The notes beneath the pieces were generated by a model. It was not told the origin of the DNA. It ran no database searches and saw nothing but the letters and a program-made list of their open reading frames with translations. Of a stretch of DNA of 64,000 nt, positions 27,601 to 37,123 are shown one piece after another. The stretch is from an archaeon (GTDB lineage Archaea > Asgardarchaeota > Heimdallarchaeia > Heimdallarchaeales > JAJRWK01), in assembly GCA_024276795.1 (NCBI GenBank), contig JAJRWK010000103.1, forward strand, positions 1,110-65,109, in the 5' to 3' direction. A program made the position numbers and the translations under genes. Position 1 is the stretch's first letter; every line of letters begins with the position of its first letter.

Positions 27601-28605
27601 ATGTTTCCGGAAGACATCATTAATAGCCTTCCCCCAGAGGGACTAGGCATTGGTCTAAAGACTTTGATTTATACCAGCATAGTATGGATTATTCTAGCAG
27701 CAGGAATAATGCGAACAATCGTTTCAAGACAACAAAGTAGAGGCGGAATGGCGTTTGGTACCGCAGAAATCGTGGGAACAGCAGTCTTATCTGGGGGCCG
27801 AAATACCCTAGACATGATTACTGCCTTACGAATTGAAATTGCAGGAAATCAGGCAGCACTCAAAACCTTGGAACAATCTAGAGAAAAAGGGGAAATCAGC
27901 ACTCGAGCATACAATGAATTAAAACTAGCATACACAAAACGAATAGATGAAATCACAAACACACTCGCAACGTATGAGGATGCCGATATCCAAGAAATAG
28001 AAGAGCAACTTGCAATGCTCGAAGCACAAGAAGAAGAACTTTCTCAGGCAGAACTAGAAGACATTGAAGGTGCAATCTCGTCACTTTCACTAGAAGAGGA
28101 ACAACTGCTTCCACCCAGTGAAGAAAAAGAAGAATCAGCACCAAGTCCACCAAGCTCAACACCAACACCACCCGCCCCAAGCGCCCCAACAACGTCAAGC
28201 CCACCAGCGCCTAGTGGGCAAAAGACCGAACAGAGCACGGTACCTGCACCCCCACCCCCACCAGGTATGCCAACAACACCAACCCCATCAATTCCCAGTC
28301 CACCAGCACCAAGTCCACCAAGCTCAACACCAACACCACCCGCCCCAAGCGCCCCAACAACGCCAAGCCCACCACGAATGCCAGAAGCACCACCTTCACA
28401 AATTCCAACGCCAGTAGACGAAACCACCCCGCCGAGCCCAGTAGCACCACCACCGCCACCACCACCTGCAGAACAGAAAGAAGCTGAACGAGAAGAAGGA
28501 GTATTTGCCAAGTCGACTAGCATTGCAGCACTTAGGATGGAAATGCTCAAAGAACTTGCAAGACTCAAAAAACTATCCGAGTTTATGGCAGAACAAGAAA
28601 AATAA
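27601..28605 (+). CDS. membrane-anchored SHOCT-like coiled-coil protein with Pro-rich tract and C-terminal STSIAALR..LKEL motif
   Basis: It has an N-terminal TM helix (LIYTSIVWIILAAGIMRTIV), a GEISTRAYNELKLAY motif, an acidic coil and a roughly 110-aa Pro/Ser/Thr tract. The C-terminus is paralogous to ORF 6321..6587. Confidence 0.6.
   Translation: MFPEDIINSLPPEGLGIGLKTLIYTSIVWIILAAGIMRTIVSRQQSRGGMAFGTAEIVGTAVLSGGRNTLDMITALRIEIAGNQAALKTLEQSREKGEISTRAYNELKLAYTKRIDEITNTLATYEDADIQEIEEQLAMLEAQEEELSQAELEDIEGAISSLSLEEEQLLPPSEEKEESAPSPPSSTPTPPAPSAPTTSSPPAPSGQKTEQSTVPAPPPPPGMPTTPTPSIPSPPAPSPPSSTPTPPAPSAPTTPSPPRMPEAPPSQIPTPVDETTPPSPVAPPPPPPPAEQKEAEREEGVFAKSTSIAALRMEMLKELARLKKLSEFMAEQEK
28138..28374. 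repeat. two 69-bp direct repeat copies (28138..28206 and 28306..28374) inside the Pro-rich coding tract
   Basis: The copies gcaccaagtccaccaagctcaacaccaacaccacccgccccaagcgccccaacaacg[t/c]caagcccacca differ at one position. Each encodes APSPPSSTPTPPAPSAPTT(S/P)SPP. Confidence 0.9.
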
Positions 28606-28665
28606 GATAAGGGAAAAACAGGTAAAGTACTTCTTGCCCCCCCTCTTTTTAGACTCCCTTCCAAA

Positions 28666-29643
28666 TTGCAGAAATTACGAAAAGGTTTTACAAAAACCAG
28701 AGAACCAAAGCATATGGTTAAGGAACGTACTATTGGAATAATAGGGGTTCCCCAGGATCTTGGAGCTTCTAGGCGAGGCGTAGACATGGGACCAAGTTCT
28801 ATGAGAATTGCGGGTTTAATGAAAAAGATACAGCAATTAGGATATGAAGTAAGGGACTATGGAAATATTAGTTGTCGTGACATTGACGAGCACGTACCAG
28901 ACGACGTTAGAGAAACAAAAGAGGCAAGAAAAGCGAGATTCTTGGCATATATATGCGATACTGCACATCACTTGAAAGACAAAGTCAAGCAGACGATCAA
29001 AAACAACCATTTTCCACTAGTATTGGGAGGAGATCATAGTATCAGTATCGGAACAATGGCAGGAATGATGGCACTTCATCAAGGAAAAACGGGAATAATC
29101 TGGGTAGATGCCCACGGAGACTTTAACACTCCAGAAACGACCTCTACCGGAAACATTCATGGAATGCCATTTGCAGTCATAACAGGAAGAGGACATCCAG
29201 CATTGTTAGAAATAGGACCCTCTCCAATGGTCATTGAAAAAAACGCAGTACTAATTGCGGCTAGAGACATCGATGCAAAAGAAGCAGGGTTACTCGAAAA
29301 CTCGCAAGTAACGGTTTTCACAATGAGGGATATCGATGAAGACGGAATGGCAAAAATTGCTAGAAAAGCCATATCCATCGCAGCCAAAGGTGTCGACCAT
29401 CTACACGTCTCATTTGACATCGATAGTGTTGACCCCTCCATTGCCCCTGGAACAGGAACTGCAGTTCAGGGAGGACTAACTTATCGAGAAGCCCATTTGT
29501 TTATGGAATTAGTACATGAGAGCAAGCTTCTTTCATCACTAGAGATGGTAGAAATTAACCCAACATTAGATGTAAGGAACAAAACCGCAAAACTAGCGGT
29601 TGACCTAATATGCTCCGCACTAGGGAAAAAAATACTCCCTTAA
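28666..29643 (+). CDS. rocF: arginase (ureohydrolase family); likely start ATG 28714
   Basis: The Mn-site motifs GGDHSIS, VDAHGDFNTPETTSTGNIHGMP and SFDIDSVDP are present. The N-terminal IGIIGVPQDLGASRRGVDMGPSSMRIAGL is typical of arginases. Confidence 0.8.
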   Translation: MQKLRKGFTKTREPKHMVKERTIGIIGVPQDLGASRRGVDMGPSSMRIAGLMKKIQQLGYEVRDYGNISCRDIDEHVPDDVRETKEARKARFLAYICDTAHHLKDKVKQTIKNNHFPLVLGGDHSISIGTMAGMMALHQGKTGIIWVDAHGDFNTPETTSTGNIHGMPFAVITGRGHPALLEIGPSPMVIEKNAVLIAARDIDAKEAGLLENSQVTVFTMRDIDEDGMAKIARKAISIAAKGVDHLHVSFDIDSVDPSIAPGTGTAVQGGLTYREAHLFMELVHESKLLSSLEMVEINPTLDVRNKTAKLAVDLICSALGKKILP

Positions 29644-29646
29644 TCC

Positions 29647-30333
29647 CTAGGAATCTATTCTTGATTGAAGTACCTTAGCCATTTCTTCTAAAACGATTCT
29701 AGGGGTGGGCGATTTTGTCACGCCAGAAGCAAGTAAGACCCCACGGCTACCCATAAGCAGTGCATCTGAAAGATGTTTAGAATTTTTCACACCAGCACCA
29801 ACGAAGGGAATGACAGAAGCAGACGCTTCTTGAATAAGTGCAATCGTTGTTTTTACTACATCGGGCCTTGTAGTTACGGACACGTCACCGCCAATCAGTT
29901 CGGGGGGCTCCATGGCTACTGCCCAGGGCTCCAACGATGCTAACGCTTTGCTCACTAACGGAGTCGCAGAACAAACCAAGCTGTGCAAGCCATGCGACTT
30001 CAAAGAAGCGATCCCATCAGCAATTAGATCAACACCAATTCGCCTTTCTGAATGATTCAACAAAGAGCCACTCACACCAAGCTCTTTTAGGTTTGCAGCA
30101 GTTATATGCCCCGTATGAGCACCTGGGCTCACCCCATCAACATGTTGTGCAAACACAGGTATGTTGGTTATTTCAGCAATTAAAGATAGATCAGGAAGGC
30201 TAGGAGCAACGATAAAGGAAACACCGTATTCTTCTGAAACTTGCTCCATGAGTTTAGCAAGCTCTAAAGCACGAGAACCCGTAGATTCGTAATAGGTCTT
30301 AAAATTAACAACAAGAGTCGGCAAGTCAATCAT
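29647..30333 (-). CDS. tpiA: triosephosphate isomerase (archaeal short type)
   Basis: VNFKTYYESTG, LLNHSERR and MEPPELIG motifs are present, and the 228-aa length fits. Confidence 0.88.
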   Translation of the reverse strand: MIDLPTLVVNFKTYYESTGSRALELAKLMEQVSEEYGVSFIVAPSLPDLSLIAEITNIPVFAQHVDGVSPGAHTGHITAANLKELGVSGSLLNHSERRIGVDLIADGIASLKSHGLHSLVCSATPLVSKALASLEPWAVAMEPPELIGGDVSVTTRPDVVKTTIALIQEASASVIPFVGAGVKNSKHLSDALLMGSRGVLLASGVTKSPTPRIVLEEMAKVLQSRIDS

Positions 30334-30591
30334 TAAATCACCAACACAATCTATGACAAGAGCTACTAAATCTTTTCATCTCACGTATAGAGCGAACAAA
30401 GGGAGTAAGGTAAAGATAAGGATTATTGCAATTTTGATCAAGAAAGCCAAAGCAAGCACTACAAAAATGATAAGGGAAAATGGCTAAAAAATAAGCAAAA
30501 ACGCACAAAAAAAGAAATAATAAGAAAAGCATTTAGAGCCATGTTTTATCAAGATAGAACAATATTTTTTAAACACTAGGGAATAAAAGCA

Positions 30592-31167
30592 GTGATGTCG
30601 AGCATGACAATAACCGACAAACTGCTCGCACCACTAAAGTTCGACAAAGAAGGGCTTGGTGCGATCGCAAATGATGAATCAAGCACAGGACTTGCCTACG
30701 TCCTAGTAATTGTGACAGCCATTTTGAGCTCTTTAACTGCATTCACCTCGGGAGGCACACAATTCGGAGGAATAGGTGGGTCAGACATTAACGAAACGGG
30801 CCAGTTCATCGTAAATCTCATTGCAACGATTATAATGTATTTATTGTTCTCTTGGGTACTCGCTTTCGTCCTTAGGGGATTTGGTGGAACATCAACAACC
30901 ATGCAGTCCTTCCGAATGCTTGCGTTCTCACTAGTATGGGGAATAATCGGATCAATTATTGCGCTAGCCGGACTGAACATTGGTTTCATCTTTTCCATTC
31001 TTGGATTCATCGCATTCATTATTGGTCTGACGTCCTACTCAGGTGTCAAAGCATTCGGAGCATTCATCGCTGTAATAGTTGCGCTTATTATTACAGTGAT
31101 ACTGCTCATGATAATCATGTTCATTCTGGTTCTCGCAATACTTGGAACGCTCTTTGCGGCCTCGTAG
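30592..31167 (+). CDS. Yip1-domain-like polytopic membrane protein
   Basis: A soluble N-terminus is followed by about 5 TM helices with Gly-rich loops. The family assignment rests on overall architecture only. Confidence 0.4.
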   Translation: MMSSMTITDKLLAPLKFDKEGLGAIANDESSTGLAYVLVIVTAILSSLTAFTSGGTQFGGIGGSDINETGQFIVNLIATIIMYLLFSWVLAFVLRGFGGTSTTMQSFRMLAFSLVWGIIGSIIALAGLNIGFIFSILGFIAFIIGLTSYSGVKAFGAFIAVIVALIITVILLMIIMFILVLAILGTLFAAS

Positions 31168-31297
31168 AAACATAAAGAAGCAAGACTGAAAAGTCCCTTA
31201 GGGACAAACTCCTCCTTCATTTTTTCTCCTTTTCAAAAAGTGTCAGTTCCGAATCCCAAAAAGTTAAGCATAAAATGGGTTACACAGAATAAGACGA

Positions 31298-32563
31298 GTG
31301 AACCAGCAACGAGTGATTGTAGAATACACCAAATATTCAAATATTATCCTAATTCATTTTCTATATCATATCAGCTTATACGCCTTGCCAATTCTAATAT
31401 TATACATCCGAAACGAAGTAGAAATAACCTATACACAAGCAGGACTTCTATGGACTGCAACAACCATAATATCAACACTTCTTTCCTTAGCAGTGGGTCC
31501 AATAGCAGATCAAGGCAAAACCAGCAGATACGCACTAATTTATGGAAGCATAACAACAATGACAGCCGCACTATATTGGATAAGCAGAGCCCAATCCTTC
31601 TACGATCTCATTTATGCATTTATTATGATGGGAGCTGGTGCAGCAGGGTTTCATCCCCCCGCAATGGCAATCATAACGGAAATGTTTGAGAATTCTAAAG
31701 GAAAAGCCCTCTCTCTCAACATAAACGTAGGAATGATTGGAACAGCCATATCCCCGCTGATCATCGCAGGCCTGATAACAGAAGTCCGGGATTGGAGAAA
31801 TGCGACAAGCATTCTCTCACTTATTGTTGCAATATCTGTTATGTTAGCCTTCTTGCTAGACATATCAACATCTAGAACGGGTATACAAGAGAGATCTACA
31901 AAACAAGAACTAACGCCAAGAAACAAGGAAAACAATTCGTTCAATAGAACCAAAAATGGTGCATTCAATGATTACGCGTTCATATTTACACCACTTATTC
32001 TCATTCCGCTCGCTCTTATTTCTCTAAGATCCAGTTTCTTCAGAACAGCATCATTCTTCACAGCACTGCTCTACAAAGATTATTTGCACCTCACGGAGGA
32101 AAACGCAAGCATTGCTACGGCAATCGTTATCGGATTTGGCTCTTTATTCACAATGATTGGAGGAACCCTTTCAGACAAGTACAGACCAAGGGCAGTTATT
32201 CTTGCATCCACCTCAGGCATGTTCCTAGCCACATTAGGACTTGTGTTTATCATAGCTAATGCAACGCTTCTATTATTCTCAATACTATATTTCATGATGA
32301 TCGCGTCATACTATTTAGCAACTCCGGCAACAAGTGCTTTGTTAGCCGACCGAGTGCTTCCAGAACAAAGAGGAAAAGTATTTGGCGCACTATTTTCAAT
32401 AGGACAGACGCTTTCAATGCTGACTCCCACGATTTTTGGGCTCATTAAAGATCAGTATAACATCACCGTAGCGTTCAGCTTCATGTTGACGCTTGCATTC
32501 CTCGCATTGTTCCTTGCAAGATATATCTACATAACAGATAAGAAACGGGAAACAGCAAAATAG
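31298..32563 (+). CDS. MFS transporter
   Basis: About 12 hydrophobic segments with a central hydrophilic loop and an MFS-like GPIADQGK loop after TM2. GTG start. Confidence 0.8.
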   Translation: MNQQRVIVEYTKYSNIILIHFLYHISLYALPILILYIRNEVEITYTQAGLLWTATTIISTLLSLAVGPIADQGKTSRYALIYGSITTMTAALYWISRAQSFYDLIYAFIMMGAGAAGFHPPAMAIITEMFENSKGKALSLNINVGMIGTAISPLIIAGLITEVRDWRNATSILSLIVAISVMLAFLLDISTSRTGIQERSTKQELTPRNKENNSFNRTKNGAFNDYAFIFTPLILIPLALISLRSSFFRTASFFTALLYKDYLHLTEENASIATAIVIGFGSLFTMIGGTLSDKYRPRAVILASTSGMFLATLGLVFIIANATLLLFSILYFMMIASYYLATPATSALLADRVLPEQRGKVFGALFSIGQTLSMLTPTIFGLIKDQYNITVAFSFMLTLAFLALFLARYIYITDKKRETAK

Positions 32564-32575
32564 GCTGACGACAAG

Positions 32576-33124
32576 ATGGAGACCCAAATACAAAAACTCG
32601 AAAAACTAATGATCCATCTAGAAAAAGAAGAAGCAAGTCCAGAAATATGCTCAGAACTTAATAAAATCCTAAAAAACTTCCAAGCCCAAGCAGAATACCT
32701 GCGAGAAGCAGAAAAACCGCTTGGGACAATAGCGACTTCAACCTCAGCACTCACAATAGTCTCAATTCTTCTCCTCCTGAATGGGAAAAACAATCAAGTG
32801 CAACTTTTTTCCCTTTTGAGTCTCCTATTTATGCTAGCAACAGTTATCGGGTCATTATTCTTTGTAACCATGGTATTTAGAGCCTCATTTCGCTTGTCAA
32901 GAGTGCGATACCACATCAGAATCAAAGGATATTTGATAAAAGTGGATTACTCTGCCGAAGAATTCGCTGACATGCTTACACTTTTGAAACTGGCGAAAGA
33001 AAGTATGAAAACACTAGATAAGATGGAAAAGAGATACCAACGTGTATTATGGAAGTCTATTTTCTTGTTTCTTTCAACAATTCTTGTGCTGTTATTCGTT
33101 GCAACCTTATTGCAATACCAATAA
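32576..33124 (+). CDS. membrane protein, unknown function
   Basis: An N-terminal coiled segment is followed by three hydrophobic helices. It lies 13 nt downstream of the MFS gene. Confidence 0.4.
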   Translation: METQIQKLEKLMIHLEKEEASPEICSELNKILKNFQAQAEYLREAEKPLGTIATSTSALTIVSILLLLNGKNNQVQLFSLLSLLFMLATVIGSLFFVTMVFRASFRLSRVRYHIRIKGYLIKVDYSAEEFADMLTLLKLAKESMKTLDKMEKRYQRVLWKSIFLFLSTILVLLFVATLLQYQ

Positions 33125-33266
33125 AGAACAAAGAAAGCAAAGAAACTAGAAAAGGGTTAAGAATCAAAAAAAGAGCTAGATTTAAAGCTAAGAAAAAGCG
33201 ACCTATCTGCGAACGCGGGGTGAAACGTATAGGCCAAAAAAACAATACCAATTCCATTACAAATCC

Positions 33267-34388
33267 ATGAATAAGGTTCAACTTATTTCCACCATTGTTT
33301 TGTTCCTTATCATCATTTCAGACGGAAAAATTGTGGATACTAACCCAATATCTTTGGAAAATATTAACAGAGAAGCCATGATTAAGACGCTACCATTTCA
33401 ACATGAAACTCCAAACACTCAAGGAACAACCGCGTCTGAACAAGGACTAAAAATAAATCAGAGAGATAACATTATAACAGTACGGAATGCTGTGCTAAAA
33501 CCAAGAAATGTCCAAGGAGGAGAAAGAACAGAACTCCTAGAACTCAATATTAGCATAGAAGCCGCAGAAGAAGTGATATTGAAAGTAGCGACCTTAAACG
33601 CAAAGGCTAGTGAGCAAGCAGAAACAGTAAATGTTGATTTAGGGCCGATAATCTTCAACCAAACAATCGAAACAGGCGTGAACAACATATTGTACCCTCT
33701 CGCGGCAGCAGGAGTAAAAAGACTATACAGCGTCATCTCTGGAACGACACCATTTAGTTTATACTTGTCCAAGGTAACATTCACTGTAGACAGGGAAGAC
33801 CTAGTCTTAATGCAAGAAATACCATTCAATGGAACCATAACTTTGGAACGACTAGATTTTTCCTCTCCAGTCAAAATCTCAGAAATCAAAGCGGAAATGA
33901 AGGATTATGACTTAGACGGAACAAACGAAACCTTTCAGTTTAAGCTTTTACTCAGACAAATCTTCTCAGCACCGTATTCAATCCAATCACAAGGACCAGT
34001 AGCTGGATTTAAAAACAAATCCATTACTAACGCAAAAGCGGACTATTTCATTTCAATTGCAAATCTAACCTCTTTTTCGAAGGGAGAAATCCCCCCAAAT
34101 AATGAATTTGTAATAAAAATCAATTTATTAAGAGAATGGAGGGTTATGCCGGAAAAAATAGTCGCAAGTCTAACTTCAAGAATACTAATCATTTATGAAG
34201 AAGCAAACTCTGCAAGCATAAATGACCGCACTTTTTATCCAAGCATCAACACTAGTTCAAGTTATGACATCCAAGCAACACAAAATCCTCAGCGATGGAA
34301 AGTAGAGATCATTTTCACCGGCACACTTACAGGACTAACAGCACTATTATTCTTATCCACATTTGTAAGAAAAGCGAAAAAACGATAA
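33267..34388 (+). CDS. secreted/type-I anchored protein
   Basis: It has a signal-like N-terminus (LISTIVLFLIIISDG), a beta-rich body with sequons, and a C-terminal TM plus basic tail (LTALLFLSTFVRKAKKR). Confidence 0.5.
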   Translation: MNKVQLISTIVLFLIIISDGKIVDTNPISLENINREAMIKTLPFQHETPNTQGTTASEQGLKINQRDNIITVRNAVLKPRNVQGGERTELLELNISIEAAEEVILKVATLNAKASEQAETVNVDLGPIIFNQTIETGVNNILYPLAAAGVKRLYSVISGTTPFSLYLSKVTFTVDREDLVLMQEIPFNGTITLERLDFSSPVKISEIKAEMKDYDLDGTNETFQFKLLLRQIFSAPYSIQSQGPVAGFKNKSITNAKADYFISIANLTSFSKGEIPPNNEFVIKINLLREWRVMPEKIVASLTSRILIIYEEANSASINDRTFYPSINTSSSYDIQATQNPQRWKVEIIFTGTLTGLTALLFLSTFVRKAKKR

Positions 34389-34400
34389 AAAATAGGAAAA

Positions 34401-34501
34401 TGGTGGGCCAGGGCGGAATCGAACCGCCGACCTCACGGTTTCTGCACATGATTAACAAACGCATATCAGCCGTGCGCTCTAACCGACTGAGCTACTGGCC
34501 C
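34401..34501 (-). tRNA. tRNA-Ile(GAU) with a 24-nt intron at 37/38, 3' CCA encoded
   Basis: The reverse complement reads GGGCCAG/TA/GCTC-AGTCGGTTA-GAGC/G/CACGG-CTGATA[TGCGTTTGTTAATCATGTGCAGAA]A-CCGTG/AGGTC/GGCGG-TTCGATT-CCGCC/CTGGCCC/A/CCA. Confidence 0.85.
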
Positions 34502-34615
34502 AGAAGCGTTGTGCTTCAGTTAGGCGTGTTGTTCTTAGTGCCGTAGGTTTTTAGGTTTTTTGTTTGGGTGGTGTGACTTTCGTGGAAAAACGCATACGCG
34601 ACAAAAAACGTTGTG

Positions 34616-35230
34616 TTAATATTCCTTATCTGTGTCAAGCAGAGACAGAAAACCCTCTTCGTCGTCTTCATAAACATATTGAAGTAGCTCGTAGATCAAA
34701 TCTTCTAGTCCCGTGCAAGAAATATTCACGAAAACCGACAACTCGTTGAGAAATAACAGGCTATTAACTAGAGAATACTTATTCGATAAAAGCTCCCCAA
34801 TGTGATCTTCAATATTCGATAGGCTAAACCGCTCATATGCTTCTTTCATTTTCTTAGAGTAGAATGACTTATACACTTCTCCGATGATCAAAAGTAAGGC
34901 TTGATCCTCCCCAATTCTCAAAGAAGCCCAGAAATCAGAGGAGAGAATGTTTCCTCTAAATTTTTCCATCATAAAAACCTGGCATTCCTCGTGACAGACA
35001 CCCAAAACATCACATAAAGAAACAAAAAATTCTTCTCGATCGTGTTCCCAAACGCCAAGCACAGAGTACATACGATTCAGCAGTTCTTGAACAACTCGGC
35101 CGGAACAAGCAACGTCCACATGAATCGACTTGCGTCGATCAATTATTGAATTAGGGGGGCGGAAGAACTGTTGAAAAACCAAGAATTTCAGAGCTTCATA
35201 TCTGTGCTTCACATACTCCCCGCCAATCAA
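34616..35230 (-). CDS. hypothetical protein (204 aa)
   Basis: ORF with ordinary composition; no motif recognised. Confidence 0.35.
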   Translation of the reverse strand: MIGGEYVKHRYEALKFLVFQQFFRPPNSIIDRRKSIHVDVACSGRVVQELLNRMYSVLGVWEHDREEFFVSLCDVLGVCHEECQVFMMEKFRGNILSSDFWASLRIGEDQALLLIIGEVYKSFYSKKMKEAYERFSLSNIEDHIGELLSNKYSLVNSLLFLNELSVFVNISCTGLEDLIYELLQYVYEDDEEGFLSLLDTDKEY

Positions 35231-35282
35231 TTAGAAAATAGCACTTATTTTACTATCGCCAAGTGCTTGAGGAAACAGCAAA

Positions 35283-37103
35283 TCAGGACCTTACCTTAAT
35301 TCTTTCCAAATATTTTGCTGACTGAGTCTGAAAATAAAGATCATAGAGTTCACGATAGGGACCTGATTGATTAATCAAATCCGCGTGTGAACCAATCTGT
35401 CTAATAGAACCGTCTTCTAAAACAATTATTAGATCAGACCTAAGAATCGTGGTCAAACGATGTGCTATAACAATGCTTGTCTTTCCCCTGAGAATACGGT
35501 CTACAGCCTTCTGAATCTTTGATTCAGTATAAAGATCAACAGCAGAAGTGGCCTCATCTAAGAGAATCATCTGAGGATTAGAAAGGATCACCCGAGCAAA
35601 CGAGATCATCTGTCTTTGACCTGCGGACAGATTCTTACCGTACTCTTCAACAACCGTATCAAGACCACATGGTAATAATTCTACAAATTCTCTCGCTTGA
35701 ACAGCCTCTAATGCCTTCCAAATCTCTTCATCAGAGGCTAAAGGATTAGCAAGGAGGAGGTTCTCACGTAGAGTCCCCCTAAATAGTAAAACACGCTGAG
35801 AAACATAACCAATCATTTTTCGAAGATAGTGTAGATTGTATTCTTGGATATTCGTGCCACCTAGTCTGATTTCTCCATTCTGGGGTGTATAAAAACGTAA
35901 CAACAGCGAAGCAATTGTGGTTTTTCCGGCACCAGTATGACCGACTAGTGCAATGCGTTGTCCAGGTGAAACTGAAAAACAAAGGTTATGAAGAACAGGC
36001 GTTTCGGGATTATAACCAAAAGTCACGTGATCAAATTCGATAGAGCATTGAATAGGATATGGAGCAGAAATACCAACTTCAACTTCCTTGCTATCAAGGT
36101 CATCAATGAGGTGAAGAATCCTTTCAAGATTAGCAAACGCTCCTTGAAACTTGTGGTAATTACGTGCAATTGTCAGCATTGGCCAGTAATAGAACGGAAG
36201 CAATAGGATGAACAAATATACCGTTGAAATTGAAAGACCAGACCCAATTAGCCAAGTCCCAACACCGAGAACTAGAAGAAGTAGCAACTGTTCAAAGAGA
36301 TCGGTAATGGGCCAAAAAACGAATATGCCAATACCTCGATAAATAGAAGCCCGAAAGGTTGCTTCATTCAACTCCCCAAACTGTTTTAGGTTCTCGGATT
36401 CGCGACCAAACGCCTTTGAAACTTGAATAGCACGCATAGTTTCAGCAAATCGTTGATTCACCTCAGCGAATTTTTTCCTCCAAGCATCGGAAACTCTGCG
36501 CTGAAACCCACGCAATAAACGAGCGATAATGAAAACAAGAGCCATAAACGGAAGGATAGACAAGGTAAGGACAGGTGAGAAATAAAACATCACAGAAAGA
36601 GTGACTAATAGACGAAAGATACCAGTCAAAGTATACGAAATTGAAGTGGCTGTGTCGAACAGCTCTTGACTATCATTTATTATTCGACTTGTTAGACGAC
36701 CACTTTCGTTTTGATCAAAAAAAGAGACTTGATTTTTCAAGACAAAAGAAAAAGCATCGACACGAATGTCTCTAATGACTCTAGCATTCAGTTTTGTAAC
36801 AAAAGTGAACTGGATAACGCGAATAAACCATGATACGAAGTTGAAAACACCATACGCTAGTGCTGCAAACAACACCTGCCGAGCTGAGGGTTGAGAATCG
36901 CGTGCATTCTCAATCAGACTAAACCCATAGCGGAAAAAAAGAGGAGCAGCAATGGCGATTCCAATATTAATCATGATGATGAAGGTCACTATCAGGAATA
37001 GGCGAAGATGTGACCGAATATAAGACAACAAAGCCCGAAAAAGCTCCCGATCCGAACGAAGAGAAGGAGGCACGCTAGAGGCATTTCTTATTGATTCAGG
37101 CAA
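35283..37103 (-). CDS. ABC exporter, fused permease/ATPase (MDR/lipid-A type)
   Basis: Six N-terminal TM helices are followed by Walker A (GHTGAGKTT), the signature LSAGQRQ and Walker B (ILLDEATSAVD). Confidence 0.9.
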   Translation of the reverse strand: MPESIRNASSVPPSLRSDRELFRALLSYIRSHLRLFLIVTFIIMINIGIAIAAPLFFRYGFSLIENARDSQPSARQVLFAALAYGVFNFVSWFIRVIQFTFVTKLNARVIRDIRVDAFSFVLKNQVSFFDQNESGRLTSRIINDSQELFDTATSISYTLTGIFRLLVTLSVMFYFSPVLTLSILPFMALVFIIARLLRGFQRRVSDAWRKKFAEVNQRFAETMRAIQVSKAFGRESENLKQFGELNEATFRASIYRGIGIFVFWPITDLFEQLLLLLVLGVGTWLIGSGLSISTVYLFILLLPFYYWPMLTIARNYHKFQGAFANLERILHLIDDLDSKEVEVGISAPYPIQCSIEFDHVTFGYNPETPVLHNLCFSVSPGQRIALVGHTGAGKTTIASLLLRFYTPQNGEIRLGGTNIQEYNLHYLRKMIGYVSQRVLLFRGTLRENLLLANPLASDEEIWKALEAVQAREFVELLPCGLDTVVEEYGKNLSAGQRQMISFARVILSNPQMILLDEATSAVDLYTESKIQKAVDRILRGKTSIVIAHRLTTILRSDLIIVLEDGSIRQIGSHADLINQSGPYRELYDLYFQTQSAKYLERIKVRS

Positions 37104-37123
37104 GTTACAAACACTTCCAATAC

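Noticed and set aside
28480-28605. Reading the C-terminal helix of the Pro-rich protein as a bona fide WH2 (actin-binding) or MIM1 (MIT-binding) motif.
   Set aside because: The hydrophobic spacing does not match either consensus: LKKL is displaced by 2 residues relative to WH2, and Leu is spaced 3-3-3 rather than in the MIM1 pattern. The paralogue also lacks LKKL. I kept it only as a hypothesis to test.
28044-28787. A 247-aa minus-strand ORF rich in Gly, plus His/Gln-rich alternate-frame ORFs over the Pro-rich tract.
   Set aside because: The Gly-rich ORF is the mirror image of CCN Pro codons (GGN on the other strand). The sense-strand protein has a TM helix, a coil and a paralogue-supported C-terminus, whereas the antisense ORF has no such support.
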